64,000 bases of DNA from the human T2T-CHM13v2.0 reference genome, Homo sapiens. The DNA lies in the NCBI RefSeq assembly GCF_009914755.1, contig NC_060925.1. One strand, written 5' to 3'. How positions within the stretch are numbered: the first letter of the stretch is position 1; each line of letters starts with the position of its first letter. The translations under genes and the position numbers were made by a program. The notes under the pieces were generated by a model. It was not told the origin of the DNA. It ran no database searches and saw only the letters and a program-made list of their open reading frames with translations. This document shows positions 46,761 to 58,690 of the stretch, piece after piece.

Positions 46761-48822
46761 GGATGGGAATAGAAAGGGCTGTCAGGTCAGCTTGAAAGGA
46801 GAGAGGGGAATCCGATAACCTTTTAGTTAGCGAATGCTATACAGCAGTCCAGCTAATAAGGGAGGTTTCTATTTGGGGGCCTGAATGGCCCTGATTGCAC
46901 TTACAAGCTCTAACTTATGGAGATAATCTGACCGTTGTACAAAATGGATATAACTTTGAAGGCGGCAAGTCTGTCACTTTGATGTCTTAAATCTAGAATA
47001 CACCTCCCCCAACCAAAACAAACAAACAAACAAACAAACAACAGCAACAAAAAACAGTTCCTGAAATTCCAACTCCACCAATTATCCTGAACTCAAGGTA
47101 TGTTTAGAATTGCTTCTTCTGAGGCAGGCAATTGTTAGCAGTGCAGGGCATAGGAAAGAAGGGTTCTTTTTTAACTGCATGTTCTCTGGTTTAAGATCTA
47201 TTCCCATGGGTTCAGCTATTATGTCTATGCAAATGATATAGGTTCATTTATTTGGTAAATGTGAATTGAGGGCTGGCTGTGTGCCAAACACCAAACCAGG
47301 CTCTAGGGATGCAAAGAAAGCACCTCTACTCCCCCTGCTCACCTATAATCTTGTCACTTATTCACTGTCTTCTAGTCCTGTTTTCCCAGTTGCTTTGAGA
47401 CGTGCACGTAGTTGCTCTGCTGCTTTTTTCAAATGTAGTACATTGATGCAATTATTGATTATCCGTTATGTGTAAAACACCATGTTAAGGCACTGCATGG
47501 TATATTAAATATAGAAATACAGTCCTTACCCAACAAAATATATTTTTATCTTCCCACCCATTCACACCAGCTACACTATTTCTGTAGATGTTATAGTCAT
47601 TCTTTCATTCTGAAAGGGAAGAAAATTTGCAGCTAATTTTGACTCCTTCCTCTGTATCATGCCCTCTTACTAAAGTGTTACAAAATTCTATCTTTTCTTC
47701 CTTCAAGATATTCAGGTAGTCCAGTTTTTTTCTACATTCTTACTTCTACCAATAGTCTAATCACTTTATACCTAGAGTACTGCAATTCCTTCCTCATTGG
47801 ACTTCCTATTTTTTGTTTTTCTAAATATTAATTCTGCAAACTAATGTAAAATTTTACAAATTATCATTTATAACACCTTTAATGGTAATATAGCAGGCTA
47901 GATTACTTTAAAATCTTCACAATACGTAAAATTGGAAGACCAAAATATACATTAAAATGCATAGATAATATAACAAGGATTTTTGGAATGTAAGTTAGCT
48001 CCTTGAGCTCAGAGAACTTATTTCGTTCACTTTTGCATTCAGCCCATAGTTGTCACTGAATAAAAATTTTGGTGTTGAAAAAATGCAAACCTGAGCTTGA
48101 AAAAACAATAGCAACAACAACAACAAAAAAACCTAAAGAAAATGCCCAGAGGCCAGAAAGAAAGAGAGAGCTGGAAACCAGAGCAATAAATAGATAGCTG
48201 AAACTGGGACTGAACTAGATAAACTGTCTGTCTGTGGCAGGAAAAGTACAAGATGAGCCTGGAACATTTTATGCTTGACAGTAAGGACATAGTCAGAGAC
48301 TAAGAAGATAAGATTATGTAAAAAGGACACTGGTGAATTTGAGGCAATTTGGGAATCAAATGGAATTACTGGGATTGATTTAAGACATTAAATAAATAAA
48401 AAAAAGAAATCCATAATGATACTCAACAACATAGAAAAACAGGGAAAAAAGAACCCCACTTCCACTGGAGGCAACTACTGCATCAGATCTTTACTCTGAA
48501 AGCTGGTAATTAAAAGAAAGAAGGATTTAATCTAATGCTTTTGGAAATAAACCAGATTTCACCTCCTTTTAACAAGGAAAAGCTCTTCTTAACAGAAAAT
48601 ACCTGGTAGGAATGGAGAAAAATAATGATAGTTACTATTTTGCAAGCACCAATAAACAATGGATTCAAATAAGCCCTATTAATTTACTTTAAAATAATTT
48701 AAAGTGAGGCAAAGTTTTACCCCGCATATTTCTTTATAATTCTAAAGGAAAAGAAATGTTACTTTACAATGAGGAGATCTAGCTGTCAGCATTTTAAACA
48801 GACAAGCAAACAGCATCATTAG

Positions 48823-49138
48823 TGAGAGGTGAACCCAGCTGGACTTCTGGGTCGGGTGGGGACTTGGAGAACTTTTCTGTCTAGCTAGAGGGTTGTAAAT
48901 GCACCAATGAGCACTCTGGGTCTAGCTAAAGGATTGTAAATGCACCAATCAGCACTCTGTACAAACGCACCAATTAGTGCTCTGTGTCTAGCTAAAGGAT
49001 TGTAAACGCACCAATCAGCACTCTGTAAAAATGCACCAATCAACGCCCTGTGTCTAGCTAAAGGATTGTAAATGCACCAATCAGCACTCTGTAACACCAA
49101 TCAGCAGGATGTGGGCGGGGCCAAACAAGGGAATAAAA
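48823..49138 (+). mobile_element. LTR12 (ERV9) U3 fragment
   Basis: tgagaggtgaa...ggtggggacttggagaac; tandem tctagctaaaggattgtaaatgcaccaatcagcactctg units; ends at gggaataaaa. Confidence 0.92.
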
Positions 49139-50913
49139 TGTCAGATTATTTTGTAAAGTTGAATAGGCACATACTCTAAATCTCAGCAATTCTACTCCTA
49201 GTTCTATACTTCATAAAATTGTTCCAAAATCATTGGAGAAGTATTGAGCTTAGTAGAAAATGAAAAACAGAAAGACAATAACAAAATACTTTTGCAGGAG
49301 AATGAATGAATACATTTGAAATATTCACACAATACAATAATATGCAGCAGAGAAAGTTGATGAACTAGAACTTTACATATGACATGGATGAATATTAGAA
49401 ACATGATACTGAGTGAAAAATTGTGGCAGATTAAATACAGCATGATGCTTTATTTAAATTGCACTATAATTTAAAAACAATAACATGCATTCTTCTTGGC
49501 CTACAGTTCTCTAAGTTTTGAAAAACTCTTAAGTCATATAATTACCTGCACAATCATAGAGCAGTTCTGTCATCCTCTAAAATTCCTTTGTATCCTTTGG
49601 AGTCGCCTTATCCCCACAACCCCAGGCTCTGGTAAATACTGATCTGTTTTCTGTTCCTATAATTTTGCCTTTTCCAGAACGTCATCTGAATGTAATGATA
49701 GGCGCTGTAGCCTTTTGAATCTGGTTTCTTTCATTTAGCACAATGCATTTGAAGACAATCCATTTTGTTTTTCGGTCCTGTTTTTTTTTTTATTGTTAAG
49801 TACTATTCCATGGTATGAATGTACCATAGTTTATTCATTCACCAGTTGAAAGACATTTGAGTTGCTTCTAGCTTTTGGCAACTATGAATAAAGCTACTAA
49901 AAATATTTACATACAGATTTTTGTGTTAGTTAGTATTCTTTACTCCTGTTCAGTTATCTAAGAATAGGTTTACTTAGTTGTATGGTAAATATATGAATGA
50001 CTGTACAAAACCACCAAACTGTTTTCCAAAATGAATGCCGTTCTGCATTTCTACCAACAATGTATGAGTTCAGATTTAGTCACATCCTTTCCAGCACTTG
50101 GTATTTTGTTTTTTTTTTAAATTTGTCTGTTTACTCTCATCATTCTAATAAGTGTGCAGGGCTATCTCACTTGATTTTAATTGAATTTCCCTGATTATTA
50201 ATGGTATGAGCATATTTTCATATGTTTAATTACCATTTCTATACCATTTTTGAATTCTCTTCAAATTTTTTGTCCATTTTTAATTTATATTTTTGCCAGA
50301 CTGATAAACTGAGCACAGAGATATCAACAGTTAAGTAGATAAAGAGGACAAATTACTAATATCTGAAATGAAAGAAGGGACATCATTCAGATTCTACAGG
50401 TATAAAAATGATAATTTGAAAATTATGAACAACTTTATACTAATAAATTTAATGACTTAAATGAAATAAGCAAATACCTTGAATGATATTTATTAAGATG
50501 GTGACAAGAACAAAGAGAAAATGTTAAAGCTCTTTATCTCTTAAAGACATTGAATACCTAATGACAATATTTCCCACAAAATACACTTCAGACACAAATA
50601 GCTTCACTTATGCATTCTACCAAGCAAGTAATTAAGATAATGTCAATTTAGATACTTTCTGAAAATATAAAATGAAAGCATATCTACCAATTAATTTTAA
50701 AAGGTCAGCATTATCCTGATATCAAAATTAGAAAATGGTATTACAAAATAAGAGCTACAAATATCCTTAGTGAACATATGTGCAAAACTCTTTAACAAAA
50801 TATTAGCAAATCAAACCAGCATACATAAAAAGAATGCTATGACCAAATGGGGTTTATCCCAGGAATGCAAGGTTGGTTTAATACATGAAAATCCAATAAT
50901 TAATTTGCCATAT

Positions 50914-51333
50914 TGCTATATAGTTTGCATACTTGACCCTCCAAACCTTATGTTAAAGTTTGATCTCCAATGTTGGAGACAGGGCCTAATGGGAGATGTT
51001 TGGGTGATGCAGACAGATCCCTCATGGATGACTTTATACTGTCCTTGTGGTAATTAGTGAGTTCTTGCTCTATTAGTTCCTGTGAGAGCTGGTTGACAAA
51101 AAGAGCCTAGCACCTCCCCCACCTCTTGCCTCCTATCTTGCCATGTGATCACTGCACATGCTGGCTCCCTTTCCCCGTCCATCTTGAATGGAAGCAGCCT
51201 GAAGCCCTCACCAGAAGCAGATACTGGCCCCCTACTTCTTGTACAGCCTGAAGAACAATGAACCAAATAAACTTTCTTTATAAATTACATAATCTCAGGT
51301 ATTCCTTTATAGCAACACATATGAACAAAGACA
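50914..51333 (+). mobile_element. MST-type MaLR solo LTR
   Basis: TG...CA ends with a 5-bp TSD catat (50909-50913 and 51334-51338). Confidence 0.88.
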
Positions 51334-53250
51334 CATATTAACAATATAAAGGTAAAAAATCATATGGTCATCTCAACAGAAGCAGAAAATTAATATAATG
51401 GAATTCATGATTTTAAAAAAACTATTAGCAATCTAAGAATAGAAAGTGACTTCTTCACCCTAATAAAGCATACTTATATGGGTTTACTTCTGGGTTCTCT
51501 ATTCTGTTTCATTGATCTATCTGTCTTTTTCATGCCAGTATAATACTGTTTTAATTACCATAGCTTTGTAATATATTTTGAAATCAGGAAATGTAATGCC
51601 TCAATCTTTCTTCTTTTTCTCAAGATCATTTTGGCTTTTTGGAGTTCTTTGTGGTTCCATATGGACTTCAGGGTTTTTTTTTTAATATTTCTATTAAAAG
51701 AATGTCAATGTATTTTGATAGAGATAGCATTGAATATGTAAATTGCTTTGGCTAGTATGGATTTTTTTTTAACAATATGAAGTCTTCCAATCTATAAACA
51801 AGGGATGTCTTTCCATTTATTTGAATAATTTTGGTAGAATTATCCCTACGTATTTATTGTTTTCAGGTGATATTATCAGTGGTGTTTGAAAAACCATATA
51901 GATTGGAAAGGAAAAGTAAAACTATTTTGATTTACAAATAAAAAGCTACTAGACCTAATAATTAGTAATATCATAGAATATAAAGTTACTACAAAAATCA
52001 ATTGCATTGACTTATACTAGCAATGAAAAATTGAAAAATAAAATTTATAAACACCATTGATAATACCACCAGAGAGCAATAAATATGTAGGGATAAATCT
52101 ACCAAAATTTGTTCAAGACCTATGCACTGAAAACCATGAAACAGCACTAAGAGAAATTAAAGATGCCCTAGGAAAATGGAAAAGTGTGTCATGTCTATAG
52201 ATTGAATGATTCAATATTATTAGAACATCAATTTTACTCAAATTTATCTATAGATTCTATATAACTCCAATCAAATACTAGCAATTTTTTTTTACAAATT
52301 GACAGGTTGATTATTTTATATGAAAATGCAAAGGACCTCTAAGAGTTTACACAATTTTGAAGAACAAATTTGAAAGGCTTCATGATTAAAAGACCTACTA
52401 TAACTTCATTAGTCAATTCAATGTGTATTGGCATAAGGATATACATATACATAGATTAATGGAAGAGAATAAAAAATAAAGAATAGAAAGAGAATGACTC
52501 ACTTATGGTTCAGTTAACTTTTCAGATAATTTCTTAAAACTTTTTAAAATTCACAGAAAGTTGCAGAAACGGTGCAGAGATATCTAGGTACCTTCACCTA
52601 GTTTCACCCAGTAGTTACATCTTCCATAAATGTATTGTAATCAGAAACCCAAAAACTGATATCAGTACAATGTATGTATATAATTCTATGCCATTTTATC
52701 ATGTGTGTAAATTCCTGTAACCACTACCTCAATCAGTATCTAGAATTATTCTGTCACCACAAAGATCTACTGAAATTTACATTTCATTGGATTGAATGAA
52801 GTGTAGAAACTGCATCTCCCTTTGTCAGTTTACTCTCTTCCATTTTTAATAAAATTATCTTTAACATTTCCTTTATGTACATTTAGAACTATATCAGTGT
52901 TATCATTTTGCTTTAATCATAAAACAATTTAGAAAACTTAAGAGAAGGAAGGTCTATCACCAAAATTTAAAACTTCCCTTTGAAAGACACCATTAAGAAA
53001 TGAAATGGTAAGTCACAGACTGAAAGTATTTGCCATAAATCTATATGACAAAATAATTGTATTCATGATATAAAGAGAACTATTACAAGTCAACAAAAAA
53101 TCTAAATGACCTAACTAAAAATGAGCAATTAATTTACAAAAATGTCATAAAAGGAGATACATCTCTAGCTAATAAGCACATAGTGACTCAACTTTATTAG
53201 TTATCATGGAACTGGAAATTTAACCACAGTGAAATACACTATTATACACC

Positions 53251-53796
53251 TATATTAGTTTTCTATTGCTGCAGTAACAAATGGTAACAAACTTAGTGGC
53301 CTAAAACTTAAATTTATTGTCTTACAGTTCTGTAGATCAGAAGTCTGCAATGAATCTCACTGAGTTAAAAATCAAGATACCAAGAGGGCTTTACTTTTTT
53401 CTGGATGCTTTAGAATAGAATCAGTTTCCTTGCCATTTTCAGCTGTTACAGGCCATCCACACTCCTTCACTGATGGCCTCTTTCCTCCATCTTCAAAGCC
53501 AGCAACAGTGGCCCAAGTTCTTTTCATTATTGCCATCTCACAGGTCCTTCTTCTCTTATCACATCTCTCTATGACCACAGCCAGGAAAGGTTTTCCACTT
53601 TTAGGGATGCATGTGGGCCCCACTGGATAATTCAGGATAATCTCCCCATGTTAAAGTAGGTCCTTAACTTTAATCACATCTATCAAGTTCCTTTTGCCAT
53701 GTAGGTAATATATTTACAGGTTCCAGAGATGGGATGTGAGCACCTTTTTTTGTGGGGGTGGGTGAGAAGGGTGGGAGCATTATTTTACCTGCCACA
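53251..53796 (-). mobile_element. MLT1D-like MaLR LTR
   Basis: tattagttttctattgctgcagtaacaa...ggataattcaggataatctcccc...cctgccaca. Confidence 0.85.
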
Positions 53797-54516
53797 ATAC
53801 CTACCACCATAATGATTAATATTAAATTGTCAGACAATACCAATTGGTGGTAAGAATGTGGAGCTACTGGAGTTCTAATACTTGTGAGAATGCAAAATGG
53901 TACAACCTTTTGGAAGACAGTTTTATAGTTTCTTCAACAGTTAAATGCATATTTACAATACAACCAGCAATTCCACTCCTATGTGTCTACCCAAGAAAAA
54001 TGAAAACATATGTCCACAACAATTGCTCACAAATGTTCATGGTAGCTTTATTAATAATGACAGAAAACTTGAAACAACCCAAATGTCTATTAACATGTCA
54101 ATTGATACAAATTGTGGGATATTCACACAATGGATACTACTTAGCATCAAGAAAAATCAAAACTACTGATATATGCAACATAAATAAATCTTTAAAAACC
54201 TCATTATGACGAAAGAACCATATGGTTTGATTCCATTTATAAGAAACTCTTGAATAGAAAAAAAGCACACCCCGATCTATTATGACAGAAAGTAGATAAG
54301 TGGTTGCCTTGTGCTAGTGATAGAGGGTGGATAGACTGCAGCCAGGCTGGAGGAAACTTTAGGGTAATGGTCACCCATGTGAATACAATTATTAAAACTC
54401 ATCAAGCTGTATACTTGCATTCATTTTATTGCATGTAAATTTTAAAAATTTTGTATAAAAATAAATTATACTTTCTCTTTGTTGTATATAAATTATTTCC
54501 TAATGTGATTGTTTTA

Positions 54517-54972
<456 letters not shown>

Positions 54973-55299
54973 TTAAGGGATGGGAAGGATAACATGTAAA
55001 GATCCATAAGCTTTTAATATGACTGCTGGAAAAAAAGAATAGAGAGGCTAGAGACAAGCCAATATTTAAGACTGGAAAACATCCTGAGTTAATCAAAGAC
55101 GTGAATCCCAAGCAGGATAAATAAAACAAATTCATTACTGAAATTAGAGAATTCCAAAGATAGAGATCTCAGAAGCCATCATCAGTTAGTAATTTTTTGT
55201 GTGCTAATTTTTCATTTCTATTTCGTTCTCATCTCCCAAACGGGTTATAAATTGTTGAGTGAAGAAACCAATCTCATTCAGCACTTGGACTTGCATTAT

Positions 55300-55520
55300 T
55301 CTGTGGTGTAGTGGCTAAGAACCTGAATTCTTCTGGAGTAAGAACTTGGTTAGTGTGCCTGTTCTACCGCTTATTTACTTTTGACCTTGGGCAAGTTAAA
55401 CTCTGTAATGTTCAATTTTCTCATCTGTAAAATAGGGGTAATAGTCTTTATGTCCTAGAGTTATTGTAAAGTTAAATGAGATAGCATACATAAATTTGTA
55501 CCAGTGTATTTATCACATTA
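55300..55520 (+). mobile_element. MIR
   Basis: tgaccttgggcaagtta...ttttctcatctgtaaaatagggg core. Confidence 0.8.
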
Positions 55521-56930
55521 AGGGCAGCAATTGATATTAGCTGGACCAGGTGTTTGCAAACTTAGTTAATTTATTACCTACCTACCATTTATTAATTACC
55601 ACCTGCCATTTATTAATCATATGACTACTCACCCACATATCCCTTATTAATTATATGACTCTAGACAAGTCACTTAAGCACTCTGTGTGTACTTCATTTA
55701 GAAAAATTGGGGGAAATACCCATATTGCCAAAGATTATTGCAAGGATACGAAGAGTTGATATTTTGTTAGAATCTTATAAATTTTAAAGTTACATGAAAA
55801 TGATGATGTTATTATTATTTCAACTTTATTCTTAAATTTGTCAACTGTATTTTGAATACTAGCCACAGCGGGGTGTTTAAAAGTACTGAGAAAAGTGATT
55901 GCTGCCTCACAATTTTATAATTTGACAGGAGAGAAAGAGTACAAAGATGCCTAACACCAATGACAGAATCATTTAAAGACGAATAATCCCAATGATACAC
56001 CAACATGGCTAAAGATGGTTTCTGAGGGCTTTAGAGATATAGGAGTCAGTCTGGGTTGCATTGGGAAGCCTTTTGTTAATACCACAGTTTGTTCCATCAA
56101 GCAAAACTCTTTTTCCTAGAAGCCTTTTGTAAGCTTCAGATGCAGTACAGTGCCTTCTCTGTTCTACTGCATATACTGTACTTTATGTGCATTATTTGTT
56201 TATACCTCTATCCTCTCCAATAAGAGGGATTAAAAAGGCATAAAATCATGGATGTCCAATCACAGTGCATGGCACGTAGTACTAACACAATAAATGGCAA
56301 CTGCTGCTATATCAAATACAGTTACTGCCTTCAAGGAGCACATGAACTAGTCACTAGGTATATAAACAAATAATTATTGACTATATTAATGCTTTCATAA
56401 TAGCAGCATGACACAAGTAGGATGCTGGCACAAAAGGGAATAATCCACTTATCTTGGAGGATAGAGACTCACAGTAGGACTCACAAAAGCTGAATAAAAT
56501 TTTGCTTAGCAGAGAGCATAACAGGGATATTATAGAGAAAGGCAATAGTACATACAAGGACACAAAAGTATGAAATATCATGGTACAGTTAAGTAACTGT
56601 ATGTAGTTTGAGACAGAATTAGTTTTGGGTGGAATGGCATGCAAAATAAGTTGGGAAAAGACAGCAGGGGCAAGATCATGGAGAACCTGGTATACGAGAA
56701 CATGGTATTTGAATATTTCCTGCAGGCATGAGGACCCATTGAAGAATTTTAATATAGGAAAGTTGTATGCTAAGATTTATTACTTTCAGCAATATTCGTT
56801 TCTCTATATTTTATCCACACAGCAACGGAAAACAGAGGGGTTAGAATTACATTTTAAAAATACTCCAAATGTGTTGTTTATACATTTCAATCCTGATTTG
56901 CTTCAACAGTACATAGAAAATCTTTCTTAC

Positions 56931-57100
56931 CTTGTGATTGCCTTTGGGATGCCATCAAATGGCCAGTGGGGCCCAAGGAGCCCATATCCACTGGCTATCA
57001 ATGCCATTATCCTGCCACCTTTCCAATTAGTTTGAGCTCATGTAGCACATCTTAATACAAAGGAGATTTCAGTTAAAAGGACCCTTTAAAATAATTCTCT
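56931..57100 (-). other. KIFAP3: Candidate alternative upstream first exon of KIFAP3
   Basis: Strong donor AAG|GTAAGA at 56930; ATG at 57007 in frame with exon 2; promoter motifs immediately upstream. The 5' end is estimated. Confidence 0.6.
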
Positions 57101-57104
57101 TCCT

Positions 57105-57200
57105 GGTGGTGGTAACCACTGTTTCAACTAGTATGACGTAAGACAATAACTATGACATCACTGGGTTGCTCCTAGGATCAGGAATGGGGCGTGGCCCACT
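57105..57200 (-). promoter_or_regulatory. Candidate non-CpG upstream promoter
   Basis: CRE-like TGACGTAA 57134-57141 and TGACATCA 57153-57160, RFX half-sites GGTAAC 57111-57116 and GTTGCT 57165-57170, Sp/KLF box GGGGCGTGGC 57186-57195. Confidence 0.55.
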
Positions 57201-58548
57201 AGGATAATGAATAATGAATTCCTGTGCTTTTTTCTTTCACCAGATTCTCTTATAGTCTGAATAATACTTTGAGAAAATAGTCATGCAATATGCCAAACTG
57301 ATGAACCTTAAAGACACAGTCAAATGAATGTGTTATTCAGTATGAATAATAGAGGTGTATTTAGTCACTTAACACCCATATGTGCACACACACACACATC
57401 TGTATTTGTGAATTCGTATATGTGGATTTATACATGTATGTTCAAGTGGAAGTTCCTTGCAGGAGAGCATAGCTACTGTTATGCTTTCATGTGTATTCCT
57501 TTGCAGAGATGCACATAGCATGGTGAGGAAGGACTATCATCTGAGTGTATCCAGCCATATCAGCTGTATTTATTAATTTAAACAAAATTTATGAGCAGGT
57601 ATTGCTTTAGATTTGGGTATGGAAAAATGAATAGACACAGTTTTTGACTTGAATAGTTGTACCCAAATTCAGTAGGGATATACACAAAGTGAGCAGATAA
57701 ATGAAATTTAAAGTCATATATTCTGTGGTAGAGCTATAATGTGTCTCTATAGAAATCAAGGAGATGACTGTGGAATTGTTAGATACTTAATGCCGATTAG
57801 CAACAAGGCACTCTCCTAATTACTGAAGCTATAAGAAGCATAAGGTACAGATCTTATCCTACAGGAGTTACAGATCTAAGAATAGGCAATCAGGGAACAT
57901 GTAATTGATGTCTCAGCCATATTTCCCACACACAGATAATCCCTAGTCAAGTTTATTTTCTTCCTGGACTCTGCTATTTTCAACTGTTCCTATCTATTAA
58001 TTTTGTTCTTATAAAGAAGATGGTATATCATCTCTTTTCAATTTATAAACTCACAACTCATAAACTCGCAGTGATAGAAATTACATTTGAGTTACAGATA
58101 TGAAGGGGATCAGATCTCTCATTCAATATACATGTGTTTGGTGCATATTAAGCATTTCAGGCACAATTTGGAGCTAAAGTAGTAGCCCCAAAGATCATTT
58201 GACAGGATGGGATAAATTCAGGCAATGGCTTTATATTAGCATCCAGGGTTTCCTGCAAAATCTTAGGAGCTCCTTCTTCACCTCTTTAAGAAGAGGTATT
58301 GCCATAACAAAAGTGTTTGTGACATATCCTCAGAACCAGAGCTGCCGGTTCATTCCAGATTAGTTCCTGGTAACCGCCAACTGGCAATAATAACTTTGAA
58401 GTTGGATACAAAATATGATCTATGCTTCCAGGGTTGAAATATATTTTGTTTTAATGGGTGACATAATTTCAGCTTTTTAAGTATGGGGCCAAAATTAAAT
58501 CATGCCATTTAAAAAATTTGACTTTAAAAATTTTACCTTTTGTATTCC

Positions 58549-58690
58549 TTTTCTTCCCTCCCTCCCTCCTTCCTCCCTCTCTCCTTCCCTTTTTTATTCC
58601 TTCCTTCCTTCCTTCCTTCCTTCCTTCCTTCCTTCCTTCCTTCCTTCCTCCCTCCCCCCCTCCCTCCCTTTCTTCCTTCCTTTCCTTCCA
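58549..58690. repeat. (TTCC)n/(CTCC)n polypyrimidine microsatellite
   Basis: Directly visible; about 12 consecutive TTCC units at ~58597-58647. Confidence 0.97.

Larger units (their letters stand above)
49140..54480. mobile_element. Patchwork of old L1M fragments in both orientations
   Basis: Degenerate ORF2 matches (e.g. ORF 50770 NICAKLFNKILAN; ORF 53844 PAIPLLCVYPRKMKTYVH). Confidence 0.7.

Noticed and set aside
48877-49105. Regularly spaced repeats resembling a CRISPR array
   Set aside because: They are the tandem U3 subrepeats of LTR12. There are no unique spacers or cas genes, and the DNA is eukaryotic.
56625-57035. 136-aa plus-strand ORF overlapping the candidate upstream exon
   Set aside because: Non-ATG start, begins in L2-like sequence, and shows no recognisable homology.
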